From: Anaerolineales bacterium
GTDB lineage: Bacteria > Chloroflexota > Anaerolineae > Anaerolineales > E44-bin32
Direction: 5' to 3'
DNA: 64,000 bases
Assembly (NCBI GenBank): GCA_034430395.1
Contig: DAOUEQ010000052.1
Span: forward strand, 17,896-81,895
Position numbers and translations under genes: made by a program. Under the pieces are notes generated by a model, which was not told the DNA's origin, did no database searches, and saw only the letters and a program-made list of their open reading frames with translations. Numbering within the stretch: the stretch's first letter is position 1; each line of letters begins with the position of its first letter. Below are positions 49,119 to 57,374 of this stretch, piece after piece.

Positions 49119-50798
49119 ATGACCGGTAAAAAATTCTTACAAGCAGCAATCGTTCTATTACTCCTGCTGGGTGCGCCTGTTGCCACCTTCGCGGATGATG
49201 AGTTATTTATCAACGTGACAACGACCGTGGACTGTGACAGCGTGGATTTCGACATCGACCTCCCGGACGGCTTTGCGCCCTACAAGATCAGCCTCGAATT
49301 CGGTGACACAGAGAAGTTCGAAGCTAATGAGTTGCCCGCCGGGCTGTATGAACTGCCTGAGCCTCATGCCTATCCCCACGGAGGCGATTTCAAGTGGACG
49401 CTCATTGTCTCCGACAATGAAGGCCTCGTTGAATTAAGGCAAGCTGAAGGTGTAGTTACCATAGATGGGCCCGTCGTGACCCTGGATAGCATCCCCTCCC
49501 CACCGCTCTTGACCATCGACGGGGGAGAGGTTTCAATCGAATTCATAACTTCGGTCGATGGTGGGATAGGGCCCTATTTCTACTCCTGGGACCTCGATGA
49601 GGACGGTTTACCGGATGCGGGTTTGAATGGCAGCACTGCCCCATACAAGTACACAGCAGGAGGCAATTACAAAGCCGCTGTAACCGTAACCGACAGCAAT
49701 AGCTGCGGTCTCTCCCACACGGACACCCTCACCGTCGTTGTGGTAGACCCAGAGGCCGACCCCCAGGACGCATGCCATCCCACTGCGCAAAAGATCGCCG
49801 AAGCCGTCAGTATCATTTTTCTCGATGATCGAGCCGAGGATACCTATACTTGCGAGGATATTTTCAACATCTTCGAGGGTGCGTTGTTAGGTAACCATGT
49901 TGGTTTCGGCCGTTTGTGGCATGCGTATCAACTGACTCAGACGATCCCTGATCTCACCTGGGAGGAGATCCGCGATTGGCATCTGGACGGCTCCAGTTGG
50001 GGTGCCATAACCCAGCTTAATCGCTTCGCGGACACGTTGGATGAATACGGCATTCGCGATCTCTTTGACCTCGTCGTGAACGGCGACAATACTGTGGGTG
50101 AAATCCGCACCGCAGCTCGTGCTGCCGTTCGCTACGAAGCCGATTTCAGCGATGCGCTAATACGCCTGAGCGAAGGTGCCAAAGCCGGCGAACTCGGTCA
50201 ATTCTACAAGCTGGCTCAGGACCTGGAGATGGAGCCCGCCGCATTGGATAAGTACCTGGATGATGGCCTCAGCCTTTCAGAGCTTCGCCACTCCGCTAAG
50301 ATGGCCGAGCGCACTGGCGGCACACTCGATGCCATCCTGGGTGCAAAATCCCTCGATCATTCTTGGGGAGAAATCTCCAAGGCTTACGGAATGGCCGATG
50401 ATGTTATGTCGGTTGAAGACATCCTTGCCTTCGGCGTTCAGGAATACCGCAAGCAACTTCGCGATGAGGAGCGCTCCGCTCGTAAAGAAGAGTTGGACGA
50501 AAAGACAGCAACCCGATTATCCAAACAATATGAGTTCAAGGGAGATATGACTGCCCTGTTTGCTGAGTGCGAAGGAAGTTGGAGCTGTGTAAGGAAGAAA
50601 TTGAAGGAGATGGATCAGACCCAACAAGTAGAAGGCGGAAGTGATAAGGACCAACGCACCGCCGAACGCCTATTTGACCAATATGGCGTAGATATGGACA
50701 CCATCTGGTTAAAATACAATGGAATCTGTGGTAAAAATTGGAACTGCGTTCGTGCCGAACTGCGTGAGATGACACGGGTGGACAAAAAAGATAAGTAA
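49119..50798 (+). CDS. secreted PKD-domain protein with helical repeat region and duplicated C-terminal Cys-pair module
   Basis: Signal peptide LLLLLGAPVATFA. PKD-like YSWDLDEDG...YKYTAGGNYKAAVTVTD. Repeated SWG.I motifs. C-terminal CEGSWSCVRKKLKEM and CGKNWNCVRAELREM. Confidence 0.6.
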   Translation: MTGKKFLQAAIVLLLLLGAPVATFADDELFINVTTTVDCDSVDFDIDLPDGFAPYKISLEFGDTEKFEANELPAGLYELPEPHAYPHGGDFKWTLIVSDNEGLVELRQAEGVVTIDGPVVTLDSIPSPPLLTIDGGEVSIEFITSVDGGIGPYFYSWDLDEDGLPDAGLNGSTAPYKYTAGGNYKAAVTVTDSNSCGLSHTDTLTVVVVDPEADPQDACHPTAQKIAEAVSIIFLDDRAEDTYTCEDIFNIFEGALLGNHVGFGRLWHAYQLTQTIPDLTWEEIRDWHLDGSSWGAITQLNRFADTLDEYGIRDLFDLVVNGDNTVGEIRTAARAAVRYEADFSDALIRLSEGAKAGELGQFYKLAQDLEMEPAALDKYLDDGLSLSELRHSAKMAERTGGTLDAILGAKSLDHSWGEISKAYGMADDVMSVEDILAFGVQEYRKQLRDEERSARKEELDEKTATRLSKQYEFKGDMTALFAECEGSWSCVRKKLKEMDQTQQVEGGSDKDQRTAERLFDQYGVDMDTIWLKYNGICGKNWNCVRAELREMTRVDKKDK

Positions 50799-50822
50799 TT
50801 CCACTCTGTAGTGAAAAGCAAC

Positions 50823-50860
50823 CAGCGGGAGGTTTAATTAACAACCTCCCGCTGTTTTTT
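50823..50860 (+). terminator. rho-independent terminator
   Basis: Perfect 12-bp stem CAGCGGGAGGTT/AACCTCCCGCTG, 8-nt loop, then TTTTTT; 25 nt after the stop. Confidence 0.75.
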
Positions 50861-51520
50861 ATTTAATTGCTCCGCGGTCTCGAATCTTGGAACTTATGAT
50901 GACGACAACACTTTCAAAAAGCTATGCTTTTGCTACCTATTCACTCCCGTCTTTATAAATAAACACTCATCTGCCACTTAGTACTGGGGTGCTATTCATC
51001 ACCTTCTCATGTGATGTATACCACTTTCGGATAGATGCTATAGAATCCTAAGATAATGTAGGGTTATTTTACATTTTAATAGAATCTGAACATAAGCAAG
51101 GTTTAGCATAACCGGGGGGAACCTGTCATTATCAGACGACCGATTTATAAGTTCTCCGTTCCCCGATCTCCCGTGGAGAATATTCCACGCATCTCACATA
51201 TCATCCCTTATGCGTCGGTCCTCGCCTGTGAAGTCATCTCGCGTTTTGTAAAGTCCAATTACTTCCTTTCAGCACGATTGAGTCGCCAGAAGAGTCATCA
51301 CATTGGGAGCAACCTTAAACTGCCTAATGTGTTGTAATGATTCGGAGATCCGGTTTGCGCTTTTTGAGCTCTGGCAATTGGTGACGTCCGTGGCAATTAT
51401 CGAGCTTGCGGAGCCAACCTAGCGAAAGGGAATTTATGGCTGATTCAAGCAACAGCGCTTTATAAAAACACCGAGTCTTCAGACAGCGAATTTTTTGCCC
51501 TCATAAAGGAGTGAACAGAG

Positions 51521-53236
51521 ATGAATTCGTTAATTATAATAATTCTAGCTGCACTCGGCATTGGTATAGGGTACGGGGTATACGCCCGTAGAATCGACAA
51601 GGAGATTGTACAGCCCAACGACGCGAAAGCCACTCCGGCAAGGATGTACATGGACGGAGTGGATTTCACGCCAGCCAGCCGTAACGTTCTTTTCGGCTAC
51701 CAATTCAAGTCCGTCGCTGCTTTAGCCCCATTGACAGGTCCCATTGTAGCTGTCCAGTGGGGTTGGCTACCGGCCCTGTTGTGGATTATCCTGGGCGTCT
51801 TTTTCATCGGCTGGGTCCAAGACTATGGTTCCTTGATTATGGGCGTGCGACGTGATGGTGAGACAATGAGCGCTTTAAGCTACAAGCTCATCTCGCCCCG
51901 TGCGCGCACGATCCTTTTAATCTTTATCTACTTCTATCTGCTGCTGATCATGGGCGCGTTTGGAAACGCCGTGGGGAAGGCGCTGATGATCAAACCGGAG
52001 GTACCATTCGGCATGATTGCCCTGGTTCTGATGGGTGTTATCGCCGGACAGATGACCTATAAATGGAAGCAAGATATCATCCTAACCAGCATTGTTACAG
52101 TAGTGCTCACATTCGTGGGAATCTGGGTCGGGACGCTACCGGCTGTTTCGAATTTCTTCACCGGCCTGTATGGAGGGGCGGATTCACCGGTCATCTTCTT
52201 GGGCAACACCCAGGCGGCAGTTGTTGGTACGCTGCTCATGTTGTTGTTCTGCTATCTCGGTTCGGTTCTCCCGATCTGGTCCTTCGCTCAACCGGTTAAC
52301 TATGTTTCCTTCTGGATCGTCACACTGGGTATGGCCGGCGGTTTGGTCGGGCTTCTGATCTGGCACCCGGGCATGGGCGACTTCCCGGCCTTTACCGGCT
52401 TTAACGCCGCAGCCGGCCCGCTGTGGCCCATGCTCTTTGTCACGATTGCCTGTGGGGCCATCTCCGGCTGGCATAGCCTGGTATCCACATCGGGTACTGC
52501 ACGCCAATTGGAGAAAGAGACTGACGCCCTGCCTGTGGGCGGAGGCGCAATGTTCCTGGAAGCCGCCTTCGCCATCATGGCCTTCCTGACAGCAACCGTG
52601 GCTTTCGGCGGTTGGCAGGGATTCCTGGATGCCGGCGGCGCAGGCGCAGCGTTGGCAGTCTTTGCGGGCGGTTTGGCTGCCTTCTTAAGCCGCATCGGAA
52701 TTCCACTGGGCTTTGGCGTGGCCTATGGCTCGGTCTTCCTGACCATCATGGCGATTACCATTATGCAATTGGTGGTGCGCTTCATGCGCGTGGCAAGCTC
52801 CGAGATGGTGGGCGATAAGATCCCGGTGATGAAGAATGTGCATGTAGGCAGCCTGGTTGCTTTGGCCCTGACAGCCCTGTTCGTATGGATCATCCCATGG
52901 CTGACGATCTGGGTTGCCTTCGGCGCTGCTAACCAGCTCATGGCTGGTCTGGCCTTGCTGCTAGTGTCCTTGTGGCTACTATCGGAAGGAAGAAAGTACA
53001 ACTGGGCTCTCTACCCGGCGATCTTCATGATCGTCACCGACATCGCCGCCCTGCTCTATGTCGCCTATGTCAACCTGTTCAAGAAGCTGCCGGCGGCTGA
53101 GACCACGCAGGCGACGGTGGCTGCATCTCTGATCGGGATTATCTGCGTCGTACTGGTGGTAGCCGCGCTTATCCTGGTTTGGGATGGGATCCAAGCGCTC
53201 CAGCAAGCCAGGCAGGCAAAACCAGCCGAAGTCTGA
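51521..53236 (+). CDS. cstA: carbon starvation protein A family transporter
   Basis: FGYQFKSVAALAPLTGPIVAVQWGWLPALLWI..G..FIG.VQDY is characteristic of CstA; 571 aa, polytopic; SD AAGGAG upstream. Confidence 0.9.
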   Translation: MNSLIIIILAALGIGIGYGVYARRIDKEIVQPNDAKATPARMYMDGVDFTPASRNVLFGYQFKSVAALAPLTGPIVAVQWGWLPALLWIILGVFFIGWVQDYGSLIMGVRRDGETMSALSYKLISPRARTILLIFIYFYLLLIMGAFGNAVGKALMIKPEVPFGMIALVLMGVIAGQMTYKWKQDIILTSIVTVVLTFVGIWVGTLPAVSNFFTGLYGGADSPVIFLGNTQAAVVGTLLMLLFCYLGSVLPIWSFAQPVNYVSFWIVTLGMAGGLVGLLIWHPGMGDFPAFTGFNAAAGPLWPMLFVTIACGAISGWHSLVSTSGTARQLEKETDALPVGGGAMFLEAAFAIMAFLTATVAFGGWQGFLDAGGAGAALAVFAGGLAAFLSRIGIPLGFGVAYGSVFLTIMAITIMQLVVRFMRVASSEMVGDKIPVMKNVHVGSLVALALTALFVWIIPWLTIWVAFGAANQLMAGLALLLVSLWLLSEGRKYNWALYPAIFMIVTDIAALLYVAYVNLFKKLPAAETTQATVAASLIGIICVVLVVAALILVWDGIQALQQARQAKPAEV

Positions 53237-53727
53237 TCTTCCAAAAGCGGCGGGTTCCTAGCCGGATGCGGAGCCATCTCGAACATCCATATGCCGATCA
53301 TGGAGGCAAAATCTCGAACGGCATCCCTGGACTAACAAGATAGTCGGTCGAAAGAACTGGGGGTGGGCTGGTGCACAATACGATCCAGACTCACCCCCAG
53401 AGATTGTATGAGGTTTGCCAGCGATGCCAGCATAAATCTATTGGGGCTTCGTGCTTTCACTAAGGCGTTGGGGGCGACTCTACCCGGCGTTCGTAATGCA
53501 GGGTCGCGAAGCGTACGTCGGCTGGGATCGGAAAGCCTTGGATCATATCATTCAGGAGTGTTTATTGGGGCAAGTGGAGCTGAGCAAAACTGCATGAAAG
53601 TTAAGAGCCGGTGACCGGGGTTGGTCTTCCAGGTTCCACACCGACTTCGGAAGTGCAATGTTAGAGGTTATAAAATGCTGCTGATAGGGACGATTGCACA
53701 CATCGAGGAACGATGAGATGATCTCCC

Positions 53728-54015
53728 ATGGCTGAACCGTTCCCGCAGCTTGTCAGAAAAGTCGTAAAGACAATCCGTGAGGTTTTTTACGGGATGACGA
53801 TCTACGACTGGGTCCACGAGCTGCAGAAGGCCCGCAATGAGAGGGATCGTCTTTTCACACTGCTCGTCTATGGGGATCTGCTCGGGATCCCGGTCCTTCC
53901 ACCGTACTATACGTTGCGACTGCTGCCATACCTTATTCCAGGTTATGAAAACTGGCGAAGGAGTATGTTGCGCGAGCGGGATTTCACCGACCTCTTCGAC
54001 CAAGAAATTGGATGA
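53728..54015 (+). CDS. small conserved hypothetical protein, paralog A of the ArsA/Get3-associated pair
   Basis: 95 aa. Shares LF.L...GDLLG.P.LPPYY.LRLLPY..P....W.R.MLRERD.TD with the next ORF. SD is weak. Confidence 0.55.
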   Translation: MAEPFPQLVRKVVKTIREVFYGMTIYDWVHELQKARNERDRLFTLLVYGDLLGIPVLPPYYTLRLLPYLIPGYENWRRSMLRERDFTDLFDQEIG

Positions 54016-54141
54016 ACGGGCTCCTTCCTGCTCCGGACCGTGTTCGTGGATCCAAGGAAACCCCGGGTTTAAAGCGGATATTGTTAAGCACTTATTGTGA
54101 AGGATTAGGTTGAGAGCATAGATTAAACAGGAGGACGGGAG

Positions 54142-54417
54142 ATGTCTGAAGAAGAAAAAAATTGGTTAAAGAAAATTGGGCAGTCTGTTATTCAATTCAT
54201 CTATGGCATGGCAGGCCACGATATGACCCGCTTTGCCTTGAAGACCCGCGGCAGCATGGAGCATCTCTTCATCCTGATAACAATGGGTGATTTATTGGGA
54301 GTCCCAATCCTGCCGCCCTACTATTCACTTCGTTTGCTGCCCTATGTCGTCCCCCAGATTTCAACTTGGAAACGCCGTATGTTGCGCGAGAGAGATCTCA
54401 CCGACGCGTTGGCTTAG
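54142..54417 (+). CDS. small conserved hypothetical protein, paralog B of the ArsA/Get3-associated pair
   Basis: 91 aa, strong SD AGGAGG 7 nt upstream; 31/49 identical to paralog A over the C-terminal region (hand alignment). Confidence 0.65.
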   Translation: MSEEEKNWLKKIGQSVIQFIYGMAGHDMTRFALKTRGSMEHLFILITMGDLLGVPILPPYYSLRLLPYVVPQISTWKRRMLRERDLTDALA

Positions 54418-54430
54418 GAGGGCTAACCGC

Positions 54431-55456
54431 ATGTCATTGGCAAAGATGCTAAAGGAAAATCCTAATCGTCGCTACATCATGTTCGGAGGCAAAGGCGGCC
54501 TTGGAAAGACCACTTTCTCCGCAGCAACAGCCTACCATCTGGCCCAATCCGGCCACCGCGTGCTGGTGTTCTCAGTCGATCCGCAAGCTTCTCTATCGGA
54601 CATTTTCGAACGGGACATTTTCGGCAAGGGAGCGGTTGAGATCATGCCCAATCTCTACGCCCAAGAAATCGATGCGGATCAGCACATCCGGGCATACCAG
54701 CAGGAAATCCGCCAGAAGATCCTGGATATGTATGGCATGGAACAGATCCCGGAGGAGATCGAGAACTACATCCAGGCCGCCGCGGCTGAACCTGCCATGG
54801 AAGAGAGCGCCATTTTCGACCAGGTCGTGGACATCGTCATGGCCGAGGAATATGACTACTACATCTACGACCTTGTGCCGCTGGGGCATGCTCTCTACTA
54901 CCTCAGCATGGCGAGTGTCTATGACGAGTGGATTGACAAGATAACCCGCCTTCGCCAGGAGATGGAGGAATATTCGCAAGTCGCCTCGGTGATCAAACGC
55001 GAGGAGACCAGCGAAGAGGATATGATCTTGACCGAATTGATGGATATAAAACACCGCATCAATACCTCTTCCGGCATCCTAACCGACAAAGAGAAGACGG
55101 CGTTCTATTTCGTCATCATCCCAGAGGAGATGATTCTGCTGGATACGGCCAAGGCGGCTGGCCTATTCGCTAAGTATGATGTTCCGCTCTGCGGTTACAT
55201 TGTCAACCGCGTCATTCCGCCCGAACTGGCCGATCAGAATATACCTGCTTATCTGCGCAATCGTCTCGAGATGCAAGAGACTCACCTGAAACACATTCAC
55301 GAGCAGTTTGGCGATCAGGTCCTGGCACACATCCCTGAGTTCGAACGAGATGTCACCGGGCTGCCTATGATCAAGAAGATGGCTGAGGCGATGTTCGGCT
55401 CTGGTCCAGAAGGATCCACCCAACAGGGTATGCCGAGCGGAGGAATACTGTCATGA
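54431..55456 (+). CDS. ArsA/Get3 (TRC40)-family SIMIBI ATPase, subunit A
   Basis: Deviant Walker A FGGKGGLGKTT, switch I VDPQASLSD, variant switch II YDLVPLGHAL. ATG 54431 after AGGAGG; the track ORF from 54287 is an upstream extension. Confidence 0.85.
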   Translation: MSLAKMLKENPNRRYIMFGGKGGLGKTTFSAATAYHLAQSGHRVLVFSVDPQASLSDIFERDIFGKGAVEIMPNLYAQEIDADQHIRAYQQEIRQKILDMYGMEQIPEEIENYIQAAAAEPAMEESAIFDQVVDIVMAEEYDYYIYDLVPLGHALYYLSMASVYDEWIDKITRLRQEMEEYSQVASVIKREETSEEDMILTELMDIKHRINTSSGILTDKEKTAFYFVIIPEEMILLDTAKAAGLFAKYDVPLCGYIVNRVIPPELADQNIPAYLRNRLEMQETHLKHIHEQFGDQVLAHIPEFERDVTGLPMIKKMAEAMFGSGPEGSTQQGMPSGGILS

Positions 55457-56427
55457 TCACTAAATCTACTTTGGACTTCCTGAATGAGAAATCAAGGCTA
55501 AAGTATGCCTTCTTCGGTGGCAAGGGCGGGGTTGGAAAGACCGTGCTCGCGGGTGCAACTGCTTTGTGGCTTGCGGAGCAAGGTAAGCGCACACTCCTGG
55601 CTTCGACCAACCCGGTTCATAGCCTATCCAGCTTGCTTGATCAGGACGTTTTCGGAGTCCGCACCCCGGTCAATGATGCGCCGAACCTGACCGCCTATGA
55701 GATCGACACACGCGACACGATTGAGCGGTCCAAGCAGGAAATTCGAGAGAAGATCAGCTGGTTTCTCAAGTATGCCGACATCAAAACCAAAGCCGACGAA
55801 TTTGTGGAATCAGCAACTATGAACCCAGCCTTTGAAGAATCTGCTATGTTCGAGAACATGATCGACCTGATGTTCGAGGACGAATATGACGCCTATGTAT
55901 TTGATACAGCCCCGACTGCCAACGCACGGCGCCTACTGGGGATGTCCTCTGTCTATTCGCTCTGGGTCAACAAGATGATGAAAAGCCGAGAGGAAGCCAC
56001 ATCGCTGCGCGAGTTGCTCTCTTATAGTCGCAAAAAGCAGCAAAAAGATCCGCTCATGGACTATCTCTTAAGTTTTCGGCAACGGATGCTGCACGCAAAA
56101 GAATTACTCACCGACCCTGAACTCACCGCCTTCTTCTTCATAACCTTGCCGGAAGCTTTGCCAATCGCGGTCATCACACGCTTCATCCATTGGTTCAAGG
56201 ACTTCGGCATCCCCGTCGGCGGCGTGATCGTCAACATGTTGATTGACAAGGAAAGCGTGAAGGAGGATTCACCGGATTTCGTCAAAAACCGTGTGGCCAT
56301 GCAGGCGGAATATATGGACGAGATCGAGAAAAAATTCAATGGATCTGTCCGGGCGATCGTCCCTCTCTTCGAGACTGAAGTCCGTGGTGTTGAGATGCTG
56401 CAGCGGACCGCCAAATATTTGTTTTAA
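55453..56427 (+). CDS. ArsA/Get3 (TRC40)-family SIMIBI ATPase, subunit B
   Basis: FGGKGGVGKTV, TNPVHSLSS, FDTAPTANARRLLG (GH of DTAPTGH lost); ATGA overlap with subunit A. Confidence 0.85.
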   Translation: MITKSTLDFLNEKSRLKYAFFGGKGGVGKTVLAGATALWLAEQGKRTLLASTNPVHSLSSLLDQDVFGVRTPVNDAPNLTAYEIDTRDTIERSKQEIREKISWFLKYADIKTKADEFVESATMNPAFEESAMFENMIDLMFEDEYDAYVFDTAPTANARRLLGMSSVYSLWVNKMMKSREEATSLRELLSYSRKKQQKDPLMDYLLSFRQRMLHAKELLTDPELTAFFFITLPEALPIAVITRFIHWFKDFGIPVGGVIVNMLIDKESVKEDSPDFVKNRVAMQAEYMDEIEKKFNGSVRAIVPLFETEVRGVEMLQRTAKYLF

Positions 56428-56500
56428 TGATCGTGCTTTATGGTATTAATATAACGCCAGCCGGCTATCCTATGCAAAGCACGGCCGGCGAGGACTTCCT

Positions 56501-57133
56501 ATGAATCTCTATATAATGATTCTCATCTTAGGTTTTTCCTACGCCTTGTTGTTCGGCTTTTTATCGCGCCTCAAGCGTGAGGGGATCTCCCTTCAATTCA
56601 CATTGGAAGCTAGTTTGATCACGCTGCTGGTTGCAGGGGTGGGCTACTTCGGCACTTTGGACGTCAATCCATTCCTCTTTCTTGTGTTCGTTTATTTAGT
56701 CACCATGCGCTCCCGGCTACTTACGGATCTTGCCAACATGTTATCGGGAAGAGGCCGCCAAAGGGACGCCATAGCAATCCTGCAAGTGGCGCTGAGTTTA
56801 TTCCCCGATAAACAAACCCGTCTGATTGTGCTAACCAACATGGGAGTTGTACAACTTCTAAGAAAAAACCCTGCCAGTGCCGAAGACATCCTGAGATCGG
56901 TTTTTGACGAGGCCAAAGATGGCGGCTTGGGAATTCGCTACGAAGCAGCCTGCAACTATAACCTGGGGATCGCCTTGCGCGAGTTAGGTCAGGATGCGAA
57001 ATCCGTACAGTACCTTCGTGAAGCCGCGGAGGGTTTTCCGGGTTCGGCCTATGGCAAAGCTGCTCAGAGAGCCCTAGAAGAACGTCGCCTGGGGAAGAAG
57101 AAGCAGACCGCCCGGTCGGAGTCAGAGGATTAA
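56501..57133 (+). CDS. membrane protein with 3 N-terminal TM helices and a cytoplasmic TPR-like domain
   Basis: TMs at residues about 3-21, 33-50 and 55-70. TPR-like helices follow (AIAILQVALSLFPD, YNLGIALRELGQDAKSVQYLREA). SD GAGGA upstream. Confidence 0.6.
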   Translation: MNLYIMILILGFSYALLFGFLSRLKREGISLQFTLEASLITLLVAGVGYFGTLDVNPFLFLVFVYLVTMRSRLLTDLANMLSGRGRQRDAIAILQVALSLFPDKQTRLIVLTNMGVVQLLRKNPASAEDILRSVFDEAKDGGLGIRYEAACNYNLGIALRELGQDAKSVQYLREAAEGFPGSAYGKAAQRALEERRLGKKKQTARSESED

Positions 57134-57293
57134 GTTACGATTGTCCGGGACGAACACAACTTTTTGTCAGCAGGAAGTATAGGCATTCATAATCCTACCC
57201 ACTATCAAGAAGCTTTCATATGTTCCGATAGACCTGGCTTTATGTCATCCTGTCTAACGAGCGCGGATTACCAAAAACTGTTCAAGAAGACAG

Positions 57294-57328
57294 CCTGCGG
57301 GAGGTTGAATTGACCTCCCGCAGGTTTT
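57294..57328 (+). terminator. rho-independent terminator-like hairpin
   Basis: Perfect 12-bp stem CCTGCGGGAGGT/ACCTCCCGCAGG, 7-nt loop, then TTTT. Lies between convergent genes. Confidence 0.6.
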
Positions 57329-57374
57329 AATTAAGGCCGTGCTATCTGTGTTGCCTGACTGGGAAACACAGAAT

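Noticed and set aside
51372-51410. Sigma-54 promoter (TGGCA...TTGC) upstream of cstA.
   Set aside because: TGGCA and TTGC are separated by 10 nt instead of the 6 nt needed for the -24/-12 GG-N10-GC geometry. I kept it only as a TGGCAATT direct repeat.
53363-53614. 83-aa ORF in the cstA/Get3-cluster spacer.
   Set aside because: It starts at a non-ATG codon, has no SD, and its composition is Arg/Ser/Gly-rich and looks like translated GC-rich non-coding DNA.
54431-56427. Interpreting the two ArsA-like ATPases as an arsenite efflux (arsA) system.
   Set aside because: Each protein is a single half-domain (324-341 aa), not the fused A1-A2 ArsA. The DTAPTGH signature is degenerate in both. No arsR, arsB/acr3, arsC or arsD lies anywhere in the window.
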